Shown in pieces: positions 40,088-50,627 of a stretch of 64,000 nt of DNA. The DNA is from an uncultured Phycisphaerales bacterium. Its GTDB lineage: Bacteria > Planctomycetota > Phycisphaerae > Tepidisphaerales > Tepidisphaeraceae. Location: the NCBI GenBank assembly GCA_963758525.1, contig CAVWVQ010000004.1, positions 96,001-160,000 on the forward strand, in the 5' to 3' direction. Within the stretch, counting starts at the first letter, position 1; each line of letters opens with the position of its first letter. Position numbers and translations under genes: made by a program. The notes under the pieces are model-generated. The model had not been told where the DNA came from, searched no databases, and saw only the letters and a program-made list of their open reading frames with translations.

Positions 40088-41530
40088 ATGGAATTTGTTC
40101 TCAAGAATGCCCGGGAAAGCATCCGGATGTCGACAGGCCCAAAGGACCAACTCGAATCAGCCGATGCAGGGCGTACCCTTATGTCCGCCGTCGACGCACC
40201 AATTACGCTTTTGCCGGAAGTTCCGCCCGTTCCGTCCTCTGGCGGTTTGTTGAAAAAGCTTGCGTCTAAAGGGGTCTGGGCGCTGGCCGATCAGGCGGTT
40301 GTCAGCATCGGCAACTTTGTCACGGTGATTCTGGTCCTTCGCAATCTCACGAACGCCAGTGAGGTGGCGCTTTTCAGAATCTGCTGGAGGTGCTGCTGTT
40401 TCTCAACGGGCTTCAGCAGGCACTGGTGATCTACCCAATGCTCGTCCGCGGCGCGGTGCTGGATGAAGCCGCCATGCAGCGCCTGGCCGGCGGGTGTCTC
40501 ATTGCCACCGGAATTCTCTGTGTTCCACTGGCAATCGGAATGCTCGGCACGTCAGTCGCGCTGTATGTGTTTGGAAGCTCCGTTCATTTCGCGGCCGCGC
40601 CCCTGTTCATCTGGGCGCCGCTCGCGCTGATCTTTCAGCAGTTGCAGGAATTGATTCGCCGCGCGATGCTGGCGCACCTCCGATTTGCCGCCGTCATTCC
40701 CGGCGACGCGATCAGCTATGTTGGGCAGGCTGTGTTGCTGCTCGCACTGGGACATCGACTGACGCTTCCGCTCACCTTCGCCGTCATGGCGGTCACCTCC
40801 GCCGCGGCCGCGATCTTGCAGTCATGGCAGCTTGGCCCGCGCAGGTTTCCGCTCTCCGAATTTAAGGCGCTGCTGATCGACTTCTGGACGCTCAGCCGAT
40901 GGGTGCTGTTTGCCAACCTCGGGTCGCTGGTCACTGGCAACAGCTATACCTGGATGCTCACCTTCACCTGGGGACTGGCACCGTCGGGCTACTTCGGGAT
41001 CATTGCGAATCTTGCAAAACCGATCAACCCGCTGACCACCGCGCTCAACGGATTGATCATTCCATCGGTCTCACGGGCCCGCGGGTGGCGGAACACAATT
41101 CGCCATGCGGATCGGAATGCGATACGCCCTGCTCGGCGGCGCCGCGCTGGCGGTCTACTTCGCAGTTCTCGAATTGATCCCCGCCAGGTGCATGCACCTG
41201 ATGTACGGCAAGACGTTTGATCCTGAGCTGCCGAACTTCCTGCGTATTCTGGTTTGCAGTTGGATGCTGCTGTTCATCACGAGCATGGTCGTGGCGATTC
41301 TCAATGGACTCGGATACAGCCGTGTCAATTTCCTGACGACACTCGCAAATGCAGTGGTGACCGTCTGCGTTTCCCTGCCATTGATCTACAAGCTTGGGCT
41401 GGAGGGAACCATCCTTGGCGGACTGCTCGCAACCGCGGCTGCGACAACCGTTGCGGTGTACTGCTTTATCCGCCATCACAACGATGCGCCGCATCATTCG
41501 GATACACCACGGGTTGCCGCGGCAACTTGA
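40088..41530 (+). CDS. Wzx/MATE-like polysaccharide flippase, frameshifts near 40365 and 41083
   Basis: WALADQAVVSIGNF start motif; three consecutive hydrophobic ORFs join into one multi-TM protein. Confidence 0.72.
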
Positions 41531-42393
41531 TCACCGCTGGGCTTTTCAGCCACGCGCTGCATCCATGCAAGAATGTCGCCGAAGACGGCTTCCCTGTGCG
41601 TCTCCCGAAGCAGCTCGTGCAAAAAACCGGGATATCGGATGAGCTTCTTGCGGCGCGAAGCGGCGGCTTCGTGAAAGTTCACCACCGCGGCAGGGAGCGC
41701 CACCGGATCGGCTTCGCCGGTTAGACAAAGCAGCGGCAGGTTGAACTCCGCCCCGCGGGTTCGCGCCACCTTCTGCACCGCCAGCATCGAGACGTACCAC
41801 CTCGGCGTGGCCGTTCTCAATAACAACGGATCGGCGCGTGATTCGGCGAGCATTTGCTGGTCGCTCGTGATCCATGTCTCGCGCATCCCCGACGCAAACC
41901 GCGCCCATGGCATCAGCAATCCGACAGCCCGCGCCAATGCCAGCCGGCTTCGTGACACGGGAACGCCGCTCTCCAGATAAGGCGCGCAGAGGATCACTCC
42001 GTCGGCGGTGAGCATCCGCCGAATCACGCCCATCGACAGGATGAGTCCCCCATGACTGTGACCGAGAATAAACCTCGGCTCCGTCCCCCCGCTCAGTTTC
42101 TCCTCTTCCTCCAGCGACGCGGCCGCGTCCTCCAGAAACTCATCCCATCGGCGGACGAATCCGCGGCGCCCTGATGCCTTGCCGTGTCCGCGTTGATCAA
42201 ACGCATGACACGCGACGCCGCGCGCCGCGAACCACCGCATGACATGAAGGTATCGCCCGCTGTGTTCTCCGTAGCCGTGGAAGAAGATCAGCCGGGACCA
42301 TTGCGGACCTTCGGGAAAGATGGATCGTCGATGCAGTCGAACTTTGCCGGCGGGAAAGTCTGCGTCTTCTTCTTTCAACGCAATCGAGCCCAT
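41494..42393 (-). CDS. lysophospholipase/monoacylglycerol lipase-like alpha/beta hydrolase
   Basis: HGYGEHSGRY, DQRGHG.ASG.RG, GHSHGG, GEAD, HELL. Confidence 0.9.
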   Translation of the reverse strand: MGSIALKEEDADFPAGKVRLHRRSIFPEGPQWSRLIFFHGYGEHSGRYLHVMRWFAARGVACHAFDQRGHGKASGRRGFVRRWDEFLEDAAASLEEEEKLSGGTEPRFILGHSHGGLILSMGVIRRMLTADGVILCAPYLESGVPVSRSRLALARAVGLLMPWARFASGMRETWITSDQQMLAESRADPLLLRTATPRWYVSMLAVQKVARTRGAEFNLPLLCLTGEADPVALPAAVVNFHEAAASRRKKLIRYPGFLHELLRETHREAVFGDILAWMQRVAEKPSGDQVAAATRGVSE

Positions 42394-42628
42394 TTCGACT
42401 GCACCGCTTTCATGCGATCGCCTTGCATGCACACCGCTCAAAACGCCCTTCCTTTAGCTGCCGAGACGCGGCCAACGGCCCCCGGAATACCACAAAGATC
42501 GCTATTCCAAACTAAAACCGCTCAAAAGGGGGAAGGCAACCCGCGCCCGTGCCGTCCCCAAACCCTACTGCTAGCCCCTTCTTACATGGGTCCGCAAGAT
42601 ATGGACACATTTTTATGATGCTAACAAC

Positions 42629-42648
42629 TTATCCACAGGATATTCACA
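42629..42648 (+). promoter_or_regulatory. tandem DnaA-box-like pair
   Basis: perfect TTATCCACA (42629-42637) and one-mismatch ATATTCACA (42640-42648) in an AT-richer divergent intergenic region. Confidence 0.45.
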
Positions 42649-42764
42649 TCCGGGGGCGATAGTCCCTCAAACGCCCTGCCCCGGGGATGGAGCCCCGAGC
42701 GAGCATTCAAGGAATGCGGCAGCGACTTTTTCTGGCCGCCGCCGCGGGAATGGAGCAGGCCACG

Positions 42765-45321
42765 ATGAAAAACCACAGTTGCCCCCAGGGTCCCAAGCGC
42801 GCCGATCTGCACTGCCACAGCGTTGCCAGCACCGAAGCTGACGAGGCGGCACTGATCGCGATCGGCTGTCCCGAAAGTTTCAGCGCGCCATCCGACGTTT
42901 ATGCCCAGGCGCAAAGCCGCGGCATGGACTTCTTCACCATTACCGACCACGACTCGGTGGAGGGCGTCGCCCAGATTCTCGACCGCCCCAATGTACTGAC
43001 CGGCGAAGAGCTGACCTGCTATTTCCCCGAAGACGGTTGCAAGATGCACGTTCTGCTGTGGGGACTGACCCGCGAGGACCATGCCGCGGTGCAGGCAGTT
43101 GCGTCAGATATTTACGAAGTGGCGCGATATGTCGAAGAGCGGAATCTCGCCCATGCCGTCGCACACCCGGTCTACCGTCAGAACGACGTGCTGGAGCGCT
43201 GGCACCTCGAACGACTGATCCTTTTATTCAAGGGCTTTGAGTGCCTCAACGGAGCGCACAGCCCGGCTCATCGCGATGCGTTTGAGCCGCTCATCGACGC
43301 GCTGACTCCGCAGACGATCGATCTTCTGGCGCGCCGGCACAAGCTGCCGGTGCGGTGGAACGAGCCGTGGAAGAAGACGCGGACTGGTGGAAGCGACGAC
43401 CACGCGCTGCTCAACGTCGGCCGGACGTGGACTGAATTCCCGGCAGAATGCTCCACGACTGACGATCTGCTCGACTGCATTCGCACAGCCCGCTGCCAGC
43501 CGGGCGGCGAGGCGGGATCGAGCCTCAAGCTTGCCCACAATTTTCTGGGCGTCGCTGTTCGCTATGTCGGGCAGGGATTGGTCAAGAATGACAAGTTGCA
43601 GATGCTGGTTGGGAACGGACGGCCTTTGCGGAAGCGCGATCTGATCTCGATGGTGGTAAAGGGCAAGCTGCGCCGGGTCGGCCGGCGGGTCCGCCGCGGA
43701 ATCACGCGCGGTTTCGGCGGCGCATCGCAGTCGCGGGGCGGGACGGCAATGCTTGCCGATCTCTTTGAAGCATCGATCGCATCGCGGCTCACGCAACATC
43801 CAGCAATCTGCGAAGCGATCAAAGCGGGCCGGGCGCCCTTGGCCGAGCACGAAGCGATGTTCAGCCTGATGGGAGGCGCTGAATCGTGACGTGACGCAGG
43901 GGATCTTCGCGGCCATCAGCGCGGGAATTGAGCAGGGCGATCCCGCGCCAGTCTTCGATTCGCTCTCCGCGATCGCCGGCCAGCAGTTGCTGCTGCTCCC
44001 CTACTACTTCGCGCTCTTTCACCAGAACCGCGAACGCGAGCATTTCCCCCGCATCACCGGCTATGGCGCTGACGCGAAAGCCACCGCACTCCGCGTGGGA
44101 CTCTTCACCGATGACCTGGATGGGAACGGCGATCTGCCGCGCTTCACGCGGTCGGTTGCGCTTGCGGCCCATCGCCGCGGCCTGAGCCTCAGCGTGCAGA
44201 CCTGCTGTGAGAACCCTTCCTCGCACGAAAATTGGCGGAAGAACTTCAAGCCGCTTGCTTCGGCTCCCCTGCCGATGGGCGGGCGAACAGTCTCACTGCC
44301 GCCGATTGCCGAGGTGCTGGAATGGGCAGACCGTCAGCAGTTTGACGTGATTCATGCGGAAACGTGCGGGCCGATGGGAATGCTCGCGTGGGTGGTGGCG
44401 AAGATGCTGCGCGTGCCGTTCGTCGCGGCATTTCAGGTCGATCTGCCCGGCATCGTGCGGACCGCGACCGGTGACTTTCGCCTTGCGATGTCGGTGAAGG
44501 CTGCGGCGACCTGGTTCTATCAGCAGGCCGACACGGTGCTGACGCGCAGCCGACGCTCGCAGGTGCTGCTTGAGTCGCTGGGCGTCGATCCCCGCAAAAT
44601 GTCGATTCTTCCGGCCGAATTTGATTCGACTCTTTTCCAACCGCTGCAAACCGACGCCGGTTACTGGCAACGGCGTGGCGTGCATGAGCCACGCACGCTC
44701 CTCTTCCGCGGCTCGGTTGCGACCGAAGAAAACCTGCCGCTCCTTGCCGACGCGTTTGAACGGCTTTGCAAAATTCGTCGCGACGTCGCATTGATTGTCA
44801 TGGGTGACGGCCCGTATCTGACCGCCATGCAGTCGAAGCTGAAGGACCTGCCCGCCTATTTCAATCCGACATCTCCTGATGCGATCGACACTCGGCACTC
44901 TCCCGCCGCCGACTATGCCGCCAGTGATTTATTCGTCTTCCCATCCGCCATTGAGTGCGCCGCCCAAAGTGTCATTGAGGCACAGGCATGCGGCCTTGCG
45001 GTGCTGGTGAGCGATCAGGGCGCTTCCTCGGAGATGATGGACGACGCCGTCAGCGGAATGGTCCTTTCCGCAAGCAAACCGCGGGAATGGGCCGAGGCGA
45101 TCAATGCGTTGCTTAACGATGAGCAGCGTTGTCAGCGCATGTCGCGCACGGCGCCGCAGCGCATGACGCGATTTGCCCGCTCGCGCGTCTTTGAGACGCT
45201 CTGGGACCAATACGCAACTGCGGCTACGGCCCATCTCGAACGATGCGGCGCGGTGGCCAGACCGGACGCGTCCGCCCCGGCGCGTCGCTCTGCTTCCGAT
45301 ATCGAGGTAACCACCCTATGA
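42765..45321 (+). CDS. PHP phosphoesterase-GT4 glycosyltransferase fusion (about 851 aa), frameshift near 43872
   Basis: PHP motifs DLHCHS, TDHD, GEE, AHP, GGSDDH; GT-B C-terminus DLFVFPS..E-x7-E AQACG; removing one G from ATGGGAG gives MEALNRDVTQG. Confidence 0.82.
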
Positions 45322-46526
45322 GCCCACGCATTCTCATTCTCAGCGCCAGTGTCGGCAGCGGCCACAACCGGGCCGCGCAGGCGATCCACCTCGCGCTGCA
45401 CCGCATCCGTCCCGATGCGATCGTTGAATACGTCGACGTTCTGGACGACACCAACCGCGCCTTTCGCGGAATGTACGGCCGGGGCTATTTCGGACTGGTG
45501 GACCGTGCGCCGCACGTCGTCGGGTATCTCTACGACCGTCTCGATCAGCCGGTCAAAAGCCCGCGGATGGAGCGCGTGAGGCATTCGCTGTCGATGATGA
45601 ATCTGCAGCGGCTCGTCGAGCGGCTGACCCTCAAGCCATGGGACCTGGCGATCTGCACGCACTTTCTTCCCGCCGAGATTATCGGCAAACTCCACGATGC
45701 CGGGCGGATCGATTTTCCTCAGGCCATTGTCACCACCGACTTCGACACCCATCGGCTCTGGGTGAATCCGCCAGCGGCAAAGTATTTTGTCGCAGCTCAG
45801 GAAGGCGCGATTCATCTTACTGCATGGGGCGTGCGAAACGCGGACATTGCCGTGACCGGTATTCCCATCCATCCGAGCTTTGCCGAGTTCAAATCCTCGG
45901 CGGAATGCCGCCGTCTGCACGGAATCGGAAACACGCGTCCGGTCATCCTGCAGCTTGCCGGCGGCGCCGGCTTCGGTCCGGTTGAAAAGGTGCACCGAGC
46001 GATTTTGGATGTGCAGACGCCGCTGGAGATCATCACCGTCGCCGGGCGCAACGAGCCGCTGCGGGATGACCTGACGCGCATGCAGTGCCCGTCGCGACAT
46101 ATCCGTCACATCCTGGGATTCACGCATCAGATGGACGAATTAATGGCCGCCGCCGACGTCGTCGTCTCCAAACCCGGCGGACTGACAGCATCGGAATCGC
46201 TGGCTCGCGGCGCCGCAATGGTGATCTGCGACCCGATCCCCGGCCAGGAAACACGCAACAGCGATTACCTCCTGGAGAACGGCGCGGCCATCAAGGTGAA
46301 CAACCTCGCGAGCCTGCCCTACAAGCTCGGGGCCATGCTCAGCGAGCGCGGGCGGCTAGAAGGACTGCGCGGCAACGCCCGGCGACTCGCGCGGCCGCAT
46401 GCCGCATTTGAAGTCGCGTCGCAGTGTCTGGACCTGATCGACGCCGCAAGCGGCACGAATAAGCTTGGGCGACGCACTGAGACGATAGCTGCTTCGATGC
46501 CGGAATCGCGTTTGAGCGCGGTGTAG
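45318..46526 (+). CDS. GT28 MGDG synthase/UgtP-like glycosyltransferase
   Basis: GSGHNRAA, THFLP, TDFDTH..W, KPGGLT.SE, PGQE..N; ATGA overlap. Confidence 0.9.
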   Translation: MSPRILILSASVGSGHNRAAQAIHLALHRIRPDAIVEYVDVLDDTNRAFRGMYGRGYFGLVDRAPHVVGYLYDRLDQPVKSPRMERVRHSLSMMNLQRLVERLTLKPWDLAICTHFLPAEIIGKLHDAGRIDFPQAIVTTDFDTHRLWVNPPAAKYFVAAQEGAIHLTAWGVRNADIAVTGIPIHPSFAEFKSSAECRRLHGIGNTRPVILQLAGGAGFGPVEKVHRAILDVQTPLEIITVAGRNEPLRDDLTRMQCPSRHIRHILGFTHQMDELMAAADVVVSKPGGLTASESLARGAAMVICDPIPGQETRNSDYLLENGAAIKVNNLASLPYKLGAMLSERGRLEGLRGNARRLARPHAAFEVASQCLDLIDAASGTNKLGRRTETIAASMPESRLSAV

Positions 46527-46547
46527 TGGAGCAATCGCGTCGACTCT

Positions 46548-46616
46548 GTAGGGCGGGATTCATCCCGCCGATTCGTTGCCATTCCTCAGACCACGGCGGG
46601 ATGAATCCCGCCGTAC
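46548..46616. repeat. family B GTAG-REP pair
   Basis: GTAGGGCGGGATTCATCCCGCC ... GGCGGGATGAATCCCGCCGTAC. Confidence 0.88.
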
Positions 46617-46677
46617 GGAAAACGCGTCGCAGATCCGCTGCTGAGTTTTGTCTCAGCGCACGTAGCCTCGGAACCTT

Positions 46678-47334
46678 CTACGGCAACACAAACACCTGCA
46701 CGAAGCCCGGCCCATGCACGCCGGTCACGAGATTCAACTCGATGTCCGCGGTTTTTGACGGCCCGGAGATGATCGTGATGCCGGCGGAATTGCCGTCGTG
46801 GGTCAGCAGCGCGAACAGATCGACCAGGTCCGGCAGAAAGTTTGCCGCCTCGACGATCGCGACATGCGTCGGCGGCACCAGCGACAGCGCCCGCCCGTGG
46901 TCCGGCGAGGATCGCATGATCAGGCTTCCCGTCTCGGCGACGGCTTTGTAAACGTCCGTGACCGCGCAGTCGAAGTCATACAGCGCATCGAGTGTCATGT
47001 CCGGCCACGCCGCGACTTCAAACCCACCCTCGCGCAGAGCTGCGGGAACCCCAAGCTTCTCCAGCAATTCCGAACGAGGCACCGCGACGCGCCGAACAGC
47101 GCGGGAACGAAGAAGCTCGATCAATCGCGCGGGCAGCGTGCTCGGTTCCACCGCATCGACATGCATCTTGTTGGCGGTTGCCCGGGCCGTGAACAGTTCG
47201 GAAAGTCGCGCATCCGCAAAAGCAAGACGGGTGATTTTGTCCTCGATTGCGGGCGGAATCGGCGCAACAGACAACGGCTCGCCGCGTCCGAGCGCCTTGC
47301 GCACTTTGGCCATCACGCCGGATGCATCGTTCAT
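46678..47334 (-). CDS. lutC: lactate utilization protein C (LUD domain)
   Basis: AETGSL, SLVPPTH, ISGPSKTADIE..GVHGP; ATGA overlap with lutB. Confidence 0.88.
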   Translation of the reverse strand: MNDASGVMAKVRKALGRGEPLSVAPIPPAIEDKITRLAFADARLSELFTARATANKMHVDAVEPSTLPARLIELLRSRAVRRVAVPRSELLEKLGVPAALREGGFEVAAWPDMTLDALYDFDCAVTDVYKAVAETGSLIMRSSPDHGRALSLVPPTHVAIVEAANFLPDLVDLFALLTHDGNSAGITIISGPSKTADIELNLVTGVHGPGFVQVFVLP

Positions 47335-48782
47335 GGTCCGCTCTTTCGCTTGGCCCACATCTGGTGAAACGTCTTCTCCGCCGGCGCCGGCATGTCACGA
47401 ATCTGGGTCCAGCCCGCCGCGACCGAGGGAAGCTTTTGGATCCAGCCGGTCTTTTTCGCCCGGCGGCGCAGGTCCCACTTCTGAAACATCGCGATGCATT
47501 TGTAGACGAACGGAGACAGCAACCCTCTCGCCCACGCTCGATAAATGAACCGCTCGATGGGGCTGTTGAGATGCTGGGTGACAATGTCGCGCCGCAGGTT
47601 GATCAGGTGTTTTGGAATGTCGATACGCACCGGGCATGCTTCGTAACACGCGCCGCAAAGACTCGACGCCTGCGGCAAATCCTTGAAGTTTCCCAAGCCT
47701 TGAAAGAGCGGCGTAATCAACGCGCCGATCGGGCCGGGATACACGCTGCCGTACGCATGGCCGCCGATGTTGCGGTAGATCGGACAGGCGTTGAGGCACG
47801 CGCCGCAGCGGATGCAGCGCAGCGTCTCGCGATAAGGCCCCGCGAGAATCTCACTGCGCCCGTTATCCAGGAGCACCAGGTGAAATTCCTCCGGCCCGTC
47901 GCGCTCGCCCGGCTCGCGTTTGCCGCCAAAGAGGCTCGTGTACACCGTCATCGCCTGGCCCGTCGCGCTGCGGGCCAGCAACTTCAACATCACGGACAGG
48001 TCCACCTGCCGCGGGACCAGCTTTTCGATGCCGACCAGGCTGACCAGCACGCGCGGCGTCGTCATGCTCTGCCGGGCGTTCCCTTCGTTTTCCACAACGC
48101 AAACCTGGCCGGTATCGGCAACGAGAAAGTTGCCACCGGTGATGCCGAGATCAGCCCTGCGGAATTTTTCCCGAAGATAAACGCGAGCCTGCATCGTCAG
48201 ATGCTGCGGATCATCGTTGTACGGCGTTTTAAAGTAACTGCTGAACAGCGTCGCGATCGACTTCAGATCCTTATGAATGATGGGCGTCACGATATGGCTG
48301 GGCTTGTCGTGATCGATCTGGATGATGAACTCCCCCAGGTCCGTTTCGACCACGTCCATCCCCGCGTGCTCCAGCGCGTGGGCCAATTCCACTTCCTCGC
48401 TGGCCATCGACTTGCTCTTGATGCACGTCTTGAGCCCGCGGCTGCGGGCAATCTCGAGAATGATCCGCCGCGCCTCTTCGCCGGTTGCAGCGAAATGAAC
48501 ATGCCCGCCGCTCTTTTCGACGTTGACGCAAAGTTGATCGAGGTAGAAATCGAGGTTGTCCAGCGCGTGCTGCTTGATGTCACCGGCAAGAATGCGCAGA
48601 TCGAGCGGATTGGGCATCAGGCTGAGAATCTGCTTGCGCCCGGTATCCTGCCGCACGACGGCGTTGTTGACCGCGCGGCGCAGACGCTCGTCCCCCGCCG
48701 CCTTCACGCTGACGGAGTGAAAATCGAATTTCGAGGCCTCCGCCTCTTCCAGGAAATGCTGCGTGTTTGGATCGTTCGCCAT
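47331..48782 (-). CDS. lutB: lactate utilization Fe-S protein B
   Basis: KSKSM, ETDLGE, PSHI, NEGN, CIRCGACLNACP, SSLCGACYEACP. Confidence 0.94.
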   Translation of the reverse strand: MANDPNTQHFLEEAEASKFDFHSVSVKAAGDERLRRAVNNAVVRQDTGRKQILSLMPNPLDLRILAGDIKQHALDNLDFYLDQLCVNVEKSGGHVHFAATGEEARRIILEIARSRGLKTCIKSKSMASEEVELAHALEHAGMDVVETDLGEFIIQIDHDKPSHIVTPIIHKDLKSIATLFSSYFKTPYNDDPQHLTMQARVYLREKFRRADLGITGGNFLVADTGQVCVVENEGNARQSMTTPRVLVSLVGIEKLVPRQVDLSVMLKLLARSATGQAMTVYTSLFGGKREPGERDGPEEFHLVLLDNGRSEILAGPYRETLRCIRCGACLNACPIYRNIGGHAYGSVYPGPIGALITPLFQGLGNFKDLPQASSLCGACYEACPVRIDIPKHLINLRRDIVTQHLNSPIERFIYRAWARGLLSPFVYKCIAMFQKWDLRRRAKKTGWIQKLPSVAAGWTQIRDMPAPAEKTFHQMWAKRKSGP

Positions 48783-48797
48783 CGACGTCTATTCCGT

Positions 48798-49550
48798 TCA
48801 CCAGCTGTTGAGATCGATCCCCAGCGCCTCGGCAATCAGCTCGGCGATATGGACAACCTCGGTCGGGACGCCGCTGCGATGACACATCCCCGCGATGTTC
48901 ATCGTGCAGCCGGCGTCATTGCAGATCAGCGCCTCCGCCTTGGTCTCGGCAATGCACTTCACTTTATCCTCGACAATCGCGCCGCTGATCGCCGGATATT
49001 TGACGGCAAACGTTCCGCCAAAGCCGCAGCATTGATCGGTTCGCTCAAGTGGCACAAAATCGACATTCCCGATCTGTTGCAGCATCCGCACGCCCTCGTC
49101 CTTCAGGCCGATGCCCCGCAGATGGCAGGTGTAGTGATAAGACATCCGACGTTTGGCGGGCAGCGACAGATTCGAGAGATCGAGCTTCAGCACCTTGTGC
49201 AGAAACTCGACAAACTCATGCGTTGCCGACGAAACCTTGTGCATCCGCGGCTCCCACGCGTGATCGTCCTTGAACAGGTGATGAAACTGCTCGCGCACCA
49301 TTGCGCAGCATGAGCCGCTGGGCGTCACCACATAATCGTACGGCTCAAAAACCTCGATCATGCGCTCGGCAAGTTTGCGGGCCTCGGGATGGAAACCGTT
49401 ATTGAAGAACGGCTGCCCGCAGCAGGTCTGCGCCTCGGGAAATTCGACGCGCCAGCCGTAGTGCTCGAGAATTTTGGTAACAGCAATGCCGACGCGTGGA
49501 TAAAACTGGTCCGTCAGACAGGTGATGAACAGCGCCGCTGTGGGTTGCAT
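48798..49550 (-). CDS. lutA: lactate utilization protein A (CCG domains)
   Basis: FITC, QTCCGQP, SGSC, CH, CCGFGGTF, GC. Confidence 0.93.
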   Translation of the reverse strand: MQPTAALFITCLTDQFYPRVGIAVTKILEHYGWRVEFPEAQTCCGQPFFNNGFHPEARKLAERMIEVFEPYDYVVTPSGSCCAMVREQFHHLFKDDHAWEPRMHKVSSATHEFVEFLHKVLKLDLSNLSLPAKRRMSYHYTCHLRGIGLKDEGVRMLQQIGNVDFVPLERTDQCCGFGGTFAVKYPAISGAIVEDKVKCIAETKAEALICNDAGCTMNIAGMCHRSGVPTEVVHIAELIAEALGIDLNSW

Positions 49551-49624
49551 AAGATGAGTGCGTCACTTTATGCGCCGAACAATCAGAGTACAAGCATTCG
49601 AATGCGCAAGCACGCAGCAGTTCG

Positions 49625-49957
49625 CTACGATGCCCGACGGCCGATCTTTTCCGCCAGGCTTTCAGCGATCAGGCCCGACAGCGTGCGCCCCGTCCGCTTG
49701 GCGTAGCGGCCTGCGGCGTTAATCAAGCTGGGAGTCATACTGATCATCACGCGCTTCGCCTTGGCCGATTCCGGCTTTGTCGGCCGACCAACGCTCCGCG
49801 CAACGCTCTCTTCGCGGCGTTCGGTGCGCGTGAGAGGACGACCATCCTCCAATTTCAATTTCTTCGCCCAAGCATCAAGACCGGCAAAGTCATGTTCGTC
49901 GGGAGTGAGCGTTGTGCTTGTGCTCCGGCTGCGGGCCGTTAATTTTGCCTTCTTCAT
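49625..49957 (-). CDS. BrnA-like/RHH antitoxin
   Basis: VGRP motif then strand-helix-helix (RVMISM..YAKRTGRTLSGLIAESL); 3 nt downstream of the BrnT-like gene. Confidence 0.7.
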   Translation of the reverse strand: MKKAKLTARSRSTSTTLTPDEHDFAGLDAWAKKLKLEDGRPLTRTERREESVARSVGRPTKPESAKAKRVMISMTPSLINAAGRYAKRTGRTLSGLIAESLAEKIGRRAS

Positions 49958-49960
49958 GGG

Positions 49961-50175
49961 CTATTTCCTTCGTCGGCGCAACTGCCGCTTCATCTCCGCG
50001 GTGATCACTTGCATCCAACGGCCCGGAGTCGTCTTCCCCCATACACGCCGTTTGCCTTCGCCAGTTCTTGTGGGAACGGGGGCGTGGCATTTTCCACAAC
50101 GAACTGCGCCTCTGCGGGCGTCACGCCATGCTTGCTCAAGTGATCACGGTTCGATTCGTCCCACGCGAAGATCAC
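49961..50175 (-). pseudogene. BrnT-like toxin, disrupted (absent from the ORF track)
   Basis: own translation VIFAWDESNRDHLSKHGVTPAEA.. / EGKRRVWGKTTPGRWMQVITAEMKRQLRRRRK; frameshift near 50062 and apparent internal deletion. Confidence 0.7.
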
Positions 50176-50369
50176 CAATAAAATTGTACAACGGAATTAC
50201 CGCTCCGCCACCGTCCGCGCGTTCAGACGGTTCGGGGTGACGTGGTTCTTCTGTCGGCCCAAGCAGTTAAACTCGTCGCCGAGCAGCAGCATATGGTCCG
50301 CCATCACGAAGCCATCCGTTTGACGCGATTTTCCGCCGCCGATACGGTAGCGGGCTCCGGAGTCAGAAT

Positions 50370-50627
50370 TTGTTGCCAAGCGATGATCATTTCGAGCAAA
50401 GCATTCGCCGCCAGATTACATTGAACCGGTCTCGCACGCCGACGCAGCGTTTCCTGGCGTTGTGCGATCTTCTCGACGCCGCCAGGGCAATGGCGCCGGA
50501 TGATCCGGCGGCCCGGGCGCGGCGACGCCGCGCGAACGCCGCCCGCCAACGTGAACGGGAACAATGGCATGCCCAATGCAGACGACTCTTTGCCTCCCGC
50601 GGGCCGGACGCTTCAACGGGCGTTTGA
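50370..50627 (+). CDS. small helical protein, putative antitoxin (MenA1-like)
   Basis: 85 aa, TPTQRFLALCDLLDAARAM; overlaps the start of the NTase gene. Confidence 0.6.
   Translation: MLPSDDHFEQSIRRQITLNRSRTPTQRFLALCDLLDAARAMAPDDPAARARRRRANAARQREREQWHAQCRRLFASRGPDASTGV

Noticed and set aside
42441..42690. oriC
   Set aside because: Only two boxes, no clear unwinding element, and no dnaA/dnaN/parAB genes nearby
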